A stretch of DNA of 64,000 nt from Schizochytrium sp. TIO01 (Eukaryota > Protista > Bigyra: Labyrinthulomycetes): positions 3,690,483 to 3,754,482 of the forward strand of contig SMSO01000032.1 of assembly GCA_004764695.1 (NCBI GenBank), given 5' to 3'. The notes beneath the pieces were generated by a model. The model was given only the letters and a program-made list of their open reading frames with translations, had not been told where the DNA came from and did no database searches. Position 1 is the first letter of the stretch. The number at the start of each line of letters is the position of its first letter. Positions 31,525 through 43,448 of the stretch are shown here, one piece after another. The position numbers were made by a program, and so were the translations under genes.

Positions 31525-33836
31525 TGGCTTTGTGTTGACACACGGCATTCCCATCCTAGTGTATGTGCTGAATAAACTCTTTTCTGGTTGCTCAATTATA
31601 CACCCAACATGAAATCATGGTACTTACTAATATCATCTTAAGGGCATTCTTGAGGGCTTATTTAAAATCCCCGAGTGTCTACTTCGTTACTGAATCTAGT
31701 AAATGAAAAATTGAAACTGTGGATTAATTTGTAAACTTGCGTATGAACTTCTAGATCCCCATATTCGTCCATGAGAAATTTCACACTACTCTTCAAAGAA
31801 TTCCCAGTCAAAGCATTGTTATGCTATTGTCTGAATCACATGTCTCCAGGATTGAATCGCGTTAGAAAGGTTCTCAAGGACATTGATGGTATTAAGGTGT
31901 GCTTCTATTTTGCCTCCCAGGCGAAGCGCACGAGCCTTCTCTAATAGTTCTTCTTTTTAAAGAAATAACAAATTAACTCTTATGCATTTGGTTTCGAAGA
32001 AGCTTTTACACACTCTAGAAACATAGGAATCTCGTTGCGCGTACTCTTTTATGCTTGTTGAATTGTCACGAATGAGCAAGTTAGGATCCTCCAGATGGAC
32101 CTACCCCTCATTGGTCGCAATAGCATCCAATATTTGAAAAGAAAAATAGAAAATTAAAAAAATGATTTTTTCTATCAAATTGAGAATGTCTTGTTCTGCG
32201 AGAGCACATTTTGCGAAAGGGTTGATCTCATTCATAAACATTATGGTAGGTAATATTGTTTGTACATAGAACATTATTTATGCCATAGCGTCGCCGAGGT
32301 GGTCTTTCTGAACTGGCTGGTAAATTGTGCAAAAGCTTTGAAGTAATTCCCACGACTTGTTAGCGCCTTTCAACTTTAGATTGTGGCATTTTAATTATAT
32401 GCATGCATGGAACGTGATGAAATCAATTGGACAAAAGATGATCTTTTTCTTGCTCCGAATCTTTGCTATAGGAAAACATGAAGAAGATTTTCAATGTCTT
32501 GGTGAGTGTACTCGCAATGGGTTGCGCGCCGATGATGACTTGAGTTACTTTTTGAAACCATGGTCGAAGCATTTCTATATAATGAAAGGTCATTTAGGAA
32601 GTTCAACAAACAAAGTAGAACGAAGTAGTTTCTGCTGGATGTGGAGTCTAAGACAGGAATCCATTGGAATTTTCTTTCAAACTTAAATTAGTCATTCGCC
32701 GCTGATGGCCCTCAAGCAAGTTCGGGACGTTGGTACCGTGAGAATGTCAATCAATTTTCGCGTCAATAGAGGACGTCGAACCTTGAGAATGTTTGGACGC
32801 AAAGACTCACAGGCGAACTCTGTTACGAAAGGCGGGCTATGAATAACCCGCGACTCAAAGACATGGTCGTTTCAATCATGTCTTTGAATAGGTAGTGCAA
32901 GAAAAAGCATCTGGCTGAATATCACGATCGGCTACGTGTCTGCATTTGAGATTAGGATATTGGAAAACCTCAGATGCCCCAAGCTTATTGTGAATGGTTC
33001 CGCACTCATTGCATGTTTTGAGGTGTAACTCTCTTGGCAAATAGCAAGTTTGCACGAAAGGAAAAGTTCAGCCTTGTAAATGAGAAACTAAAATGGCGCC
33101 CCAACGACACATTGTTCGACCTGCCTTAATTTTGATTCTTAGCTTACTGACCATCTGGGAGGTCGCCGATCGCACCGTTGCGCACTCGCCATGCTGGACA
33201 TCGGGATTGGACAGAGGGTGCCGCGCGACAAGGTACTAGTCGAGCCTTGGTTGCCTTGCTCTTCTTTTATTATACCTGACAACCTATCTTCCAACAATAA
33301 ATCCTACATTAACCACTTATAAACTACTATTTAATATCGAGAACGCGGATAGTTTAGACTATCTACGTGCACACGGCGTCAAGATCTTGCTTGCGTGGTT
33401 GCGCAAGCCATAAATAAACAAAGTTTGTGTGTGAATGTATTGGAAGCGTTTTTGGCTCGCACGAACTTACGCGCTTGGGGCAAATGAATCAATTTTTTAC
33501 ATCTATGAACAGGAGGGTGGCACAAATCTAAAGAACCGGTCTTGCATTGAATACTGGCGTTGATGCGCTATACTAGGTAAAGAAAGTTACGATGTCTCTT
33601 ACCTCTGAGAATTTATTTCTTCTTTGTTAAAAGGAAGGAGACATCGGTATGATCATAAATAAAGCGTGAACATACACCAGGGATCATTTTAACTGAATGA
33701 AAGCATGATTAACCACAAGGGAATCTAACTTCGAGGAGGTCACAATGTACAAGAGACCGCTTCTTTATTCGGTCAAAGAGAAACTAGTTGACCTAAATAG
33801 TAAGCTTCTATAATAACATCACTGTTGATGGGTTCC

Positions 33837-35573
33837 TCAAAATGCTGCTGCAGATTTGGACCCAGACATGCCCTTCTTTGTGTCCGATCCATCCCCGTCA
33901 GAAGACACTGACTTTGACTTCTTGTTTTTCTTCTTGCCAGATTTCTTACCTGAACCAGATGTACCCAGAATTTTGTCAAGGTCTCCCAGCGCTCCGTACG
34001 ATTTCGTAGCTCGGACACGTTCCATAGTTTGATTAAGTCGAAACTTTCGTAGGCGCGCTTCTTGTTGGGCTTCAAGACGCTTACGAACGAGTTTTTGTTT
34101 CTGGGCTTCCATTCGTTTCGCCCGTTCTTCATTTGACTCAATCTTTTCGATGATTTGTAGCCTCTTGAACTCTGACATGCGTTTAAGACGCTCAATGTTC
34201 TCAAGTTTATCTTGCTTTCTGAGTTCCTCTTCTGTTTTCTTCAGCTGGTTTTCTTCTTCACGTTGTTTCTCAATTTCTTTCATCTTCTGTTCATGAGCTT
34301 TCATCCTATGCAAAATATCCTCAGCATTATTAGTAACGTTGTTTTTGCAATCCATAGCTGCTTTCCTTCGTCTTGCTTCAATTTCATCGCGCTGTTTCTT
34401 AAGTTCCTCAGCCTCAAGAGCAGCCTTTCGGTCGCGCTCCATTTTACGCTCCATTTCGATCTTTTGCTTGCGGGCATAATCAGATCGCTTTCTGGCCTCA
34501 TGACGCTCAGCCGCCGCCCTGGCACGCTGGAGTTTATCCTCTTGAACCTGGCGCAACCGCTCGGCCTCTCGGCGCTGCATTTCACGTTGCTTTGCAAGAA
34601 CTCTCTGACGCTTGGCATCTCCTTCCTGCATCTTTCGAAGGCGTGCCTGATTGCGCTCTTCTTGCTCCTCAAGAATAGCTTGCGTCTGCTGCTCGAACTC
34701 CTCCTTTTTTCGAATCTTTTCCTTTTCCTTCTCACGCACGTGGCGAAGACGCTCTTTCTCCTGTCGAGCAAACAGCTTCTTCATACGCTCTGCCTCGCGA
34801 AATGCAGCTCGCTCTGCTTCTACTCGCTTGCGTTCGTCTTCTTCTTCCTGGCGCTTCTTTGACAATTCGATCTCTCGTTTCTTCTCGATAGCCATTCGTC
34901 GGCGCTCATCGATCTCACGTTGTCGTAATTCTTGACGTCGTCGTGCATCATCTTCGCGCTTTTGTTTCTCAGCTGCCTGTCGCTGCATATTCAATTCATA
35001 CTCAACCATTTGCTTAATCTCCTCCTCCTGCTTGACCTTTAGTTTTTCTAGTCGCATACGCTCACGTTCAAGCTGTGCTTCGATTTCGGCACCTCCGGGA
35101 ATAGCAAAGTCCTGGTTCTTCTTGCCTTTGCCCTTCTTGCCCCCCTTTGCTTCGATTGCAAGCGCGCGCAGTGGTGATCGCGGGCTAAACATTCGCGCTG
35201 CAATTTCGGACTTTTCTTTTGCAGTAAGTGCGGCAGCGGCACTTTGCGCCGCTGCATCATCGCCTTTGGTCTCTTCAGAGTTGGACTCCTTCGGCGCGCA
35301 TTCAACCTTGAGGGAGTCCAAGAAAGCAATAATCTTGTTCCGCTCCAGTCGAACTTCATCGAGTTTCTGCTGCCGGCGGGTTTCGAAATGCTCCAGCTTG
35401 AGCTTGGCTACCTTTTTAGGGATCTTGCCGCCCTCAAGAAAGTCCGGAAGCCGCGCTGGGCGTAGCTCAACAGGGTCAATACCTTGCCGCAGACATGCCT
35501 CCAATGACCTCGGCGAATCGATGGGCTTCTCCGCTTCGAGGAAATTCTCTAAATTCACGCGCTCGCGCGACAT
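33837..35573 (-). CDS. Long coiled-coil (trichohyalin-like) protein with an N-terminal SPRSLEAC..GIDPxEL domain; probably cytoskeletal/flagellar
   Basis: 578-aa ORF with about 350 aa of E/K/R/Q-rich helix. The N-terminal IDSPRSLEACLRQGIDPVEL...FETRRQQKL resembles a motif I recall from ciliated-protist proteins. Function is inference. Confidence 0.8.
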   Translation of the reverse strand: MSRERVNLENFLEAEKPIDSPRSLEACLRQGIDPVELRPARLPDFLEGGKIPKKVAKLKLEHFETRRQQKLDEVRLERNKIIAFLDSLKVECAPKESNSEETKGDDAAAQSAAAALTAKEKSEIAARMFSPRSPLRALAIEAKGGKKGKGKKNQDFAIPGGAEIEAQLERERMRLEKLKVKQEEEIKQMVEYELNMQRQAAEKQKREDDARRRQELRQREIDERRRMAIEKKREIELSKKRQEEEDERKRVEAERAAFREAERMKKLFARQEKERLRHVREKEKEKIRKKEEFEQQTQAILEEQEERNQARLRKMQEGDAKRQRVLAKQREMQRREAERLRQVQEDKLQRARAAAERHEARKRSDYARKQKIEMERKMERDRKAALEAEELKKQRDEIEARRRKAAMDCKNNVTNNAEDILHRMKAHEQKMKEIEKQREEENQLKKTEEELRKQDKLENIERLKRMSEFKRLQIIEKIESNEERAKRMEAQKQKLVRKRLEAQQEARLRKFRLNQTMERVRATKSYGALGDLDKILGTSGSGKKSGKKKNKKSKSVSSDGDGSDTKKGMSGSKSAAAF

Positions 35574-36080
35574 TGTGAACTCCAGATTAATTCAGCGTGA
35601 TCGCTCGCTGGTCCGTGCGACGTCAAACGCCAAGGCAGACAGACTGCTGCTCGGCGCCCGCCCGGCTCAAGGTCAGCTTTGCAAAAGCGGTTTGCACAGC
35701 ACAAACTTTCTGCCAAAGCCTTAAGAGTGTTGACTCCTGTGCCGCGCCCAGCGCCTCGCCTTCTCAGACGTCCTCTGCGTACCACGACACGAGAAGCTGC
35801 CTGCTGCCGGGTCAAAGGCTTGCCGACTCCAGCAAGCGCTGTGCGTAGAGCTGGTTCTGTTCCTCAGCCTCCTCTTCCGCAGGGCTTTGCTTGAGCTAAG
35901 TTCCCGCTCCTGCGATGTTCATAATCTCTCGCTTGTGTTTTGCGCTTATTTCAAGTCTTTCATGCTCCGCGCCAAAAAGGTGTGCGCGCAGACCCTTCTA
36001 CATTTAACGATACATGTGCGTACCTACAGTCCAATCGCTGGCGAAGAAGAGAGAAATGTGGCGTTCCACATACCGAACGG

Positions 36081-36131
36081 ATCTATCTATCTATGTATCT
36101 ATCTATCTATCTATCTATGTATCTATCTATG
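36081..36131. repeat. Imperfect (ATCT/ATGT)n microsatellite
   Basis: Read directly from the sequence. Confidence 0.85.
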
Positions 36132-37107
36132 TATATAAGCAAATGTATCCATGTTTTTGTTTTGTGCGGATAATTTTGCACGTGGAAGTATGTAAAAGAG
36201 CGCAGGCGCGATTTCGACATCGATGGCATTGAAGGTGCAGGCTGGACAGAAGTAAGGCTGGGAGGTTCTTGGCAAGCAATGGCCCTAGGAAGGTGGTCCA
36301 TTTGGTCCGAGAGGCATGAGTTCTAACATTCTATATTTTGTTTAATATTTTTTATTTATTTTTTTTAAAGAATGAAATGTAGAGAAACGTTTTAGCAAAA
36401 CGTTTTCATGAAAATATTTAAATAATAGTAATCATGATGGGTTTTCTAAAACAGTTTTAAGACAAGGTCTTGAAAAAGAACCTATAAGAATAAGTAGAAG
36501 CAAAAATGAACAAAACGGAATAGGTGCCTGGTCAATGCCATCAAAAATCAAAGAGCGCAACATCTATTAAACTTAAAGCTAGAGAGGTGGTAAGTGGCTG
36601 GCCTAGCTGGTATTTTAATGCACCTCATTTCTGCAGTGTTAAGACAGCCCAAAAAGGAGGAGGGAGAATGAACATCATACTCTGTGTTCAGGACCATCGC
36701 CTGTTTACGAGAGCATGCTTCTCCGTAAGAATGGAACAAAAAGAAAAAGATAAAGGAAAAAAAATAAAGAAAAAGGAACAGGAACAGGAAACACGTGCGC
36801 AGGTAGAATGCAGAATGGTTTGCACACATGCACATGCGTGTAGAACTCTTGCAACTCAAGTTAGCTACTGAGCCAAGCACTCACCTTGCAAGCTGAGGCG
36901 AGCGAAGTTGCTTCGAGGATCGAGAGCTCTGGCGACTGGCATATGGCAAGGCCCTCCATCTGCTCGTGTTGTGTGGCCGCTTAATCCCACGGAGACCAAC
37001 ACCCCTGTCAGCAGCAGCCGCGGGGCCAAGGAGAGCGTAGGCCACAGGCGTAAACATCAAAGCTCACTGATTAGCTGCAAATTGGAGGCATCGAGCTGCG
37101 ACACCCT

Positions 37108-38832
37108 ATGGCTGAGCAAAAGGAAGCAGCGCTTGATGAAGGGAACGCTATGACAATGGACAAGAGCAATGCCCTGCAGGTACTACGCGCTGAGCTTGCA
37201 CGAGTCGACGATGAACTTGGAGAGGTACGCCGAAATGCAGCAACTAAAGGCCGCTCTCAGAAGGCAGCACGAGAAGAAAAAGATGGTTACGGTGAGGATT
37301 TTGAGGATGAGGAGGACGCCGGTGACGAAGCTTATGCAAATGATGAAGAATTCGACGAGGAAGAAAAACATGAGAACAAAGGCCTATTAGAGATCAATGA
37401 GACCACCAGAATCTCGAAACGTCAGGCCCCCAAGAGGACTAAATCACCAGCAAATAAACCAAGCAAGCCAGAAACTTCAGTGAATTCTGTAAAGTCGCGC
37501 ATTCTGCAAGGGCAACAAAGCTTGAGCTCCAAAGAAAGAACAAAGCTGAAAGGCATTGCAATGTCCATGTCTGCATCAGATATCCGTTCAATGGTAGAAA
37601 AGTCAACAATCGTGCGACAGGCCATGTTGAATATCGGAGTTCTCCTGGGTGATCTTGTCCCTGGCGGAAACGAGGCGCGATTCAAGAACGAGATGAGCGC
37701 AGAGTTAAAAAGGCAGCTGGAATTCAGACGTCAAGAAACTCTAGTTCAAGTACTTGCTGAGCGGCATCGCTTAGTAGAAAAGCTTGAGGGAAGCAAACAA
37801 AATCAGGAAGAAAAGCAGGCGCCACAGTCTCCTGTCCAACTTTTTGGGCCAAAAGGCAACACAATTAGCATTCTCAGTCAAGCGGAGCAGCGTGAGATTT
37901 TTGAAAAGAAACTTGAGGAGAGACGTGTGAAAGATGCAGAGCGGGACGCTAAAGCTGCGAAACTGCGCCAATGGCACCACGAACTTGAAACCAAGGCCCA
38001 CGAGCACCAAAGGAAGCTACATGAAGATGTGAAGGTTCATCTTGAGCGGGCTTCTGCCCAAAAAGACAAGACGAAGGATAAAACACAAAAACAAATTAGA
38101 GAGCGAGAAGCTCGGCAGGCACGAAAAATGGAGATTTGCGAAGCCATAAAGAATAGGCGTCATCGTGCAATGGCGTTACGCTCAAAAGAAACTCAAGAGC
38201 GTCTACGGGTATTAGCCGAAACCAAGGACCCATTGAAAGCTGCAGCTGCCGGAAATGGAGGAAAACTAAGCCGTACTGCTACTCTTAAACTACAGGCTCT
38301 TCAAGAGCGTGATCAACACCGACGTGAAGTTCGTATTGCTTCGCAAAAACTCAGCAATTTGAAAAAGCGAGAGCTGCGTCTAGAGCAGCATGCTAAACAA
38401 GCAAGGCTCACAGGTATCAAGGAAAAGATGGGCGAGGAAGCCCAAAGAGCCCGGGAACGTAGAGCCGCAACTGAGGTTGATCGCATGCTTAAGATGGAAA
38501 GACTTCAACGACAGCAAGATCATGAAAAGGCGCAAGCGCAGCTTCGTATAAATCGAAAAGTTGCTTTCGCCGAGAGCTTAGACCAGATGCAAGCGGAATT
38601 GACCCGAATGCGAGAGCAAGCTCGACGAGATGATTTTGCTCGTGCCGTAGCACGCGATCAAGCTCACGTTAAAAGTATGCAAGTTCTACCTGGTCCTGGT
38701 GAGTACGATGTAGGCGGAACCTTGAATAGTGTCGGTGGCAAGATTGGCTTATTTGACATTGCTAAAGTCAAAGCTGCAGAAGAACGAGCGTCTGCCGCCT
38801 CACCCGGTCCTGGAGCCTACGAGGCGTTTTGA
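37108..38832 (+). CDS. Coiled-coil protein with two C-terminal PGPGxY (SHIPPO/STPG-type) motifs; probably flagellar
   Basis: 574-aa ORF with a long charged helix, ending LPGPGEYDV...ASPGPGAYEAF. Confidence 0.82.
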   Translation: MAEQKEAALDEGNAMTMDKSNALQVLRAELARVDDELGEVRRNAATKGRSQKAAREEKDGYGEDFEDEEDAGDEAYANDEEFDEEEKHENKGLLEINETTRISKRQAPKRTKSPANKPSKPETSVNSVKSRILQGQQSLSSKERTKLKGIAMSMSASDIRSMVEKSTIVRQAMLNIGVLLGDLVPGGNEARFKNEMSAELKRQLEFRRQETLVQVLAERHRLVEKLEGSKQNQEEKQAPQSPVQLFGPKGNTISILSQAEQREIFEKKLEERRVKDAERDAKAAKLRQWHHELETKAHEHQRKLHEDVKVHLERASAQKDKTKDKTQKQIREREARQARKMEICEAIKNRRHRAMALRSKETQERLRVLAETKDPLKAAAAGNGGKLSRTATLKLQALQERDQHRREVRIASQKLSNLKKRELRLEQHAKQARLTGIKEKMGEEAQRARERRAATEVDRMLKMERLQRQQDHEKAQAQLRINRKVAFAESLDQMQAELTRMREQARRDDFARAVARDQAHVKSMQVLPGPGEYDVGGTLNSVGGKIGLFDIAKVKAAEERASAASPGPGAYEAF

Positions 38833-39600
38833 ATATTAAATCGGACACGATAACGTGAGAAGCTAAAGTAGGTGTAGCAGTGTTAATCCAAACGTCCTCA
38901 GATACTCATGGAAGGAGCAATTTGCAGTGCTTCTTTGAACAAGAGTCCCAGAAATGAAGCGGTTTCGATTAAAATGATTTTTTAAAAAGAGAACATAGTA
39001 GAAATAATGAAATGAGCAAAGCTTCAGATTGGTGCCCAAGAGACATTGATGCTTATGACGGAAAGTAGTAATTTCGAAACAAAAAATTAAAAAAAAAAAG
39101 AGAAAAGAAAAGTTACGTTTATGTATTATTGATGAGGGAAGTACCACTGGTAGGCTATTTTGATTTACCAGATATTACTCCTCAGCACTTCAAAACACAA
39201 TCTTAAAAACAAGTGAACAAAATAACTCATCTGACCCGAAGATAAGTGACCAACTTGAATCAATATGTAGGGCGCTTTCCATATTGAATGCGTAGCCTAT
39301 TTTGCATTTTGTTTTTGAATTGTATGTGAGAACAAGTTACTGAAAACTGAGAGTAGCACATGGTGAGATTGGCCACCAGAAACTTCGTGCTGTAAATAAA
39401 CAATCCTCTTATTGGCGCCCACATGCTTCTTGCCCTCGGTAATTAGTTGATTTAAGTATGACTTAGAGTTTGGGGATTCCTGTCTCTTCTGCTTGTGCCT
39501 TCGCTTCCGTCCCACAGAAAACAATCAATCAGCGCACCAAGTTCCACTAGTGTACGGGTGTCTAATCTATCATGTCGGAGGCGAAGGCTCTAAAGCTATT

Positions 39601-41577
39601 TTAGGCGAAACAACATGGTTCTCCGCAGACGCACTCCGGCTCGGGAGCAGGTACCGACGCAGGAGGCTCATTGCGGTAAAAGTACGCAACTGCAATGATA
39701 CAGTAGGAAATAATGAGCATGATACCCTCAAGCCATGTGCTTGTGCCTTGTCGTACAGTAGAGGTGACCACGAGTACACTGACGACAAGCACAATTGTCT
39801 CAAACGGATGAAAGTCAAGAGTGAGTGGCTTGTCCACAGCCCATCCAACGAGACACAATGCAGGTACTACACAAAGAGCAATTTGTACAGAAGAGCCGAG
39901 CGCGACACCAAGGGCAAGGTCCATTTTACCCTTGATGGCCACTGTGATAGCTGTAGCGTGCTCCGCAGCGTTACCAATAATCGGAAGAAGAATGAGACCA
40001 ATGAAGACCTCACTAAGGCCCCAGGAAACGGAAACATCCTCAATGGAATCGACAAGCAGCTCAGAGCAGATGGCAACAAGGAGGGTAGTAACACCGAGCA
40101 TGAAAATGGCCGCACGCAGAGTCATAGTGGCCTCTTCAGGATCCTGCTCATCATCGATATCAACCATGTGCGTGCTCATGGTTTCTCCGCTCTGGTGCAA
40201 GTCTAAGTACATTCGACGGCGAGAATCACTTCCTCCGGTGTTTGGGGACGGTGATGGCGGAGGATTGATGGAAATGCTTGGGCGTCGGGGTGCCGAAGTG
40301 TCTACTTGCAGATTTTGGCCATTGTAGTTCTCAGCAGGATCTCCTTGACTAGTACGACTCTGATTGTCTTCATAGTGCACCACAGCTGCTGCTTGCGAGG
40401 CGCTGTCATCATCAATGCCATCCTCAGCGGTGACATTCATAATGTGTGTATGTGTGTGCAATTGAAAGAGCAGAAGCATGCCATAGAGAAAGAAGAGCAT
40501 GAGGGCAGTTACGTGAGAAATGGTAGTAATACTTTCCACCTTGCATGGGACCTTGCAGTCTGAGGCAACCGTAGAGCTAAAGGCTGCTGGGATAGTGAGG
40601 CCAAGCACAGCCATGAGCAGGAGACTGCTGTCAATGGCAGCAATATGGGTGTTAAAGTGTTGCTCACTGTGATAAAATCCACCAAAGAGAAAACAACATC
40701 CGGTAACAAGGAGCTCGTTGCTAAGCACAGATCCGAGAAGCGATACCTGAACAACTCGAAGAAGGCCTTTGCGAATAGCAAAAATTGAAATAATCAGCTC
40801 TGTAGCATTTCCAAGTGTCGCGTTAAGTAAACCACCGATCGTATCGTTCGTGTATAGTGCTACCTCTTCAGTAAAATCTCCAAGAAGCTGGGCAAGAGGG
40901 AGAATTGCAAAAAAGTTGAACAAGAATACTGCTTGGTCACCCCATCCGAGCACAGAGGCGAGCACACCAAGAGGAATGCAGAGCAAACAAATGCAGACCT
41001 TGTTGCCAAGAATATACTCCCGGATGGCAAGGTAATCAGTCTCTACCGTCTTGTTGATGATGTATCCATGTTTTTGCAAAATTGACCCTGTTGCGCTAAG
41101 GTCAACGGTCCTCATGCTGCCATAATCATTCTGCAATCCTGCTGGCGGCGCAGAGTCCGGGTTAAGAAGGGGGATATCCTGGTTGAGATAGTCTGGGGTG
41201 ACACTGTCTTGTCCTGGCGTGTTATTGCCACCCAGCCTTTCGCGTCTCGCCCGAAGACGCACGTTCAAGAGTCCTTTAAATTTAAGTGCACCGGTGAGCC
41301 CAGCAGCAACTCTATTATCGCGGTCGCTGCGAGCCCCATTGTCGCTCACGTGCATAGTAGGGACACTGTACATGGAGATGCTCGAGTTTACGGGCACTAA
41401 AGACGGTCTCCGCTGTCTCTGACCGGGCGGCGCAATATAGGATCTAGATCTGGTGTTATTCTCCATTGTACGATATTTGCGTCCTGACCCACCCCCGTTA
41501 AGATTCCCAGTCCCGTTACTCTCTGTATCACTTGTGTTCTCAAAAGCAACGCTTCTCTTTGGCACGCCCTCTGACAT
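39601..41577 (-). CDS. Ca2+/H+ exchanger (CAX/VCX1 family)
   Basis: Alpha-1 repeat GGLLNATLGNATELI, alpha-2 repeat LPIIGNAAEHATA, MDLALGVALGSSVQIAL, acidic central loop and long N-terminal tail. Confidence 0.95.
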   Translation of the reverse strand: MSEGVPKRSVAFENTSDTESNGTGNLNGGGSGRKYRTMENNTRSRSYIAPPGQRQRRPSLVPVNSSISMYSVPTMHVSDNGARSDRDNRVAAGLTGALKFKGLLNVRLRARRERLGGNNTPGQDSVTPDYLNQDIPLLNPDSAPPAGLQNDYGSMRTVDLSATGSILQKHGYIINKTVETDYLAIREYILGNKVCICLLCIPLGVLASVLGWGDQAVFLFNFFAILPLAQLLGDFTEEVALYTNDTIGGLLNATLGNATELIISIFAIRKGLLRVVQVSLLGSVLSNELLVTGCCFLFGGFYHSEQHFNTHIAAIDSSLLLMAVLGLTIPAAFSSTVASDCKVPCKVESITTISHVTALMLFFLYGMLLLFQLHTHTHIMNVTAEDGIDDDSASQAAAVVHYEDNQSRTSQGDPAENYNGQNLQVDTSAPRRPSISINPPPSPSPNTGGSDSRRRMYLDLHQSGETMSTHMVDIDDEQDPEEATMTLRAAIFMLGVTTLLVAICSELLVDSIEDVSVSWGLSEVFIGLILLPIIGNAAEHATAITVAIKGKMDLALGVALGSSVQIALCVVPALCLVGWAVDKPLTLDFHPFETIVLVVSVLVVTSTVRQGTSTWLEGIMLIISYCIIAVAYFYRNEPPASVPAPEPECVCGEPCCFA

Positions 41578-43156
41578 AATTTAACTTATGCTTCCTTCTT
41601 CAGGTCGCCGAAACCTTCGCAGCTTGCGGTCTCTTCAATTCACACCCTCTGCCGTGAATGAAGAGTTTACGCTCTGATGTTGCCACTAGCGTTCCCACCA
41701 GCTAATCGAGCAACTAATCAGTCACTCACTTACGTAGCCAATCAATCAATTAACCGATCAATCTGCAATTGCTTGCAAGTCTAGCGCAAGCTTTCGGTCG
41801 TGCAGCGACAAGCGTTGTTCCAGTTGCAAATCTATTGCCTCTTATAAAATCAATCTTGTCAGTAGCATACCAACACTGGTACTAGTAGTCCACCTAAGTA
41901 AGTATTGTAATATGTGCGGTCTCGGAAGCGGACCTGAAACAAGCAATTAATTTCCAGGCACACGCAAGAAAAGAAAACAACTACTTCTCCTCCCAACAAA
42001 ACCTAATACCAGGCTGGTCAGCAAGCCAGCCTACAACCAAGCAACGCTGTTGAGGATCTACTTCAGAAGACCTCACAGCTGACCCAAGCACCGCTAATTG
42101 CGCTTTTTTGTTTCTAGCCAGTCAGTCAATTTGGTAAGTTTCACGAAGAAATTAAGAGTCTGGTAGCCTAACACGGATTAAAATGAATGACCCCAATTCC
42201 GCAATCGCAGCCACACCTGCAATGCACAACAGCTGCAAGGTTCAAAGGAGCAGCTAGTAAGAATAGCCAGCAAGTTAGGGCTCTGCAGCTTTTCGTGCTC
42301 TAGGTCCAAGCAATGCAGGCCTGATGTTGCCTCGATCTATTAAAGACCGTGGTCGCCTAAGACTCTGCTACTAGCGCCGATGGATTCCTGATAGATATCA
42401 GGATCAAAGCTCGCTTATCTTCTTGCCGCGCCGCGTGCAAGATCGAAGCCGGCCGGCACCCAGGCAGCCCAGCAAGCGAGATGACTCACGCAAGTTCTCG
42501 AGGTCTCAAGGTTCCTCGCTCGCCTTGTGCCAATCGCTTTCCTCGCAACAACTTGGCGACAGTTGAAGAGGGTTTATAAGAGAGATATAAAGGAGCTGAT
42601 TTGATTGATTGCTCCTCGATATCTCGCGACCGACGAGGGATCCTCGCCAGAAACTTTCGTCTCCGGGAAGTACCGGCAGTGGCTTTCTCAGCACTTCACA
42701 GGCCTTCTTGGCTCCTCGCTGCGCACGCGAGGCCCCAGCTTCGTGCTTTCTGGAGCGGAGTTCGCACCGCCTGAGCAGGTTTGCCTTCGCTGGCTCTGCA
42801 AAAGGGAAACAAAACAACGGGAAAATGAACGAACGAACGAATGAATGAATGAACCAACGAATGAACAAGCACAACAGCAGAGGATACCTACCAGCCAGCT
42901 CCACTCCACGTGCAAGCAACGGTGGTGCGCGAGCGGTTCTGATCCAAATTGCTGTTGATTCTCCCAAACCAAGCTCGTCTCAGCTTTTATCGCTGTTTGG
43001 ATGGGTGCTTGAATTGAGTTGGATGAATTGATTGATTCCTCGTGTTTTCATGTGCTGTTGTATTGCAATGATATGTACATTATAATTTAAGTTTAAAAGA
43101 AAAGAAAAAAGTTTTGTAAACGATAGCTTTAATCATCAATTGAGGGCACAGACAGA

Positions 43157-43448
43157 CAAACAAACAAACAAACAAACAAACAAACAAACAAACAAACAAA
43201 CAAACAAACAAACAAACAAACAAACAAACAAACAAACAAACAAACAAACAAACAAACAAACAAACAAACAAACAAACAAACAAACAAACAAACAAACAAA
43301 CAAACAAACAAACAAACAAACAAACAAACAAACAAACAAACAAACAAACAAACAAACAAACAAACAAACAAACAAACAAACAAACAAACAAACAAACAAA
43401 CAAACAAACAAACAAACAAACAAACAAACAAACAAACAAACAAACAAA
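43157..43448. repeat. (CAAA)73 perfect microsatellite
   Basis: Read directly; 292 bp uninterrupted. Confidence 0.97.
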
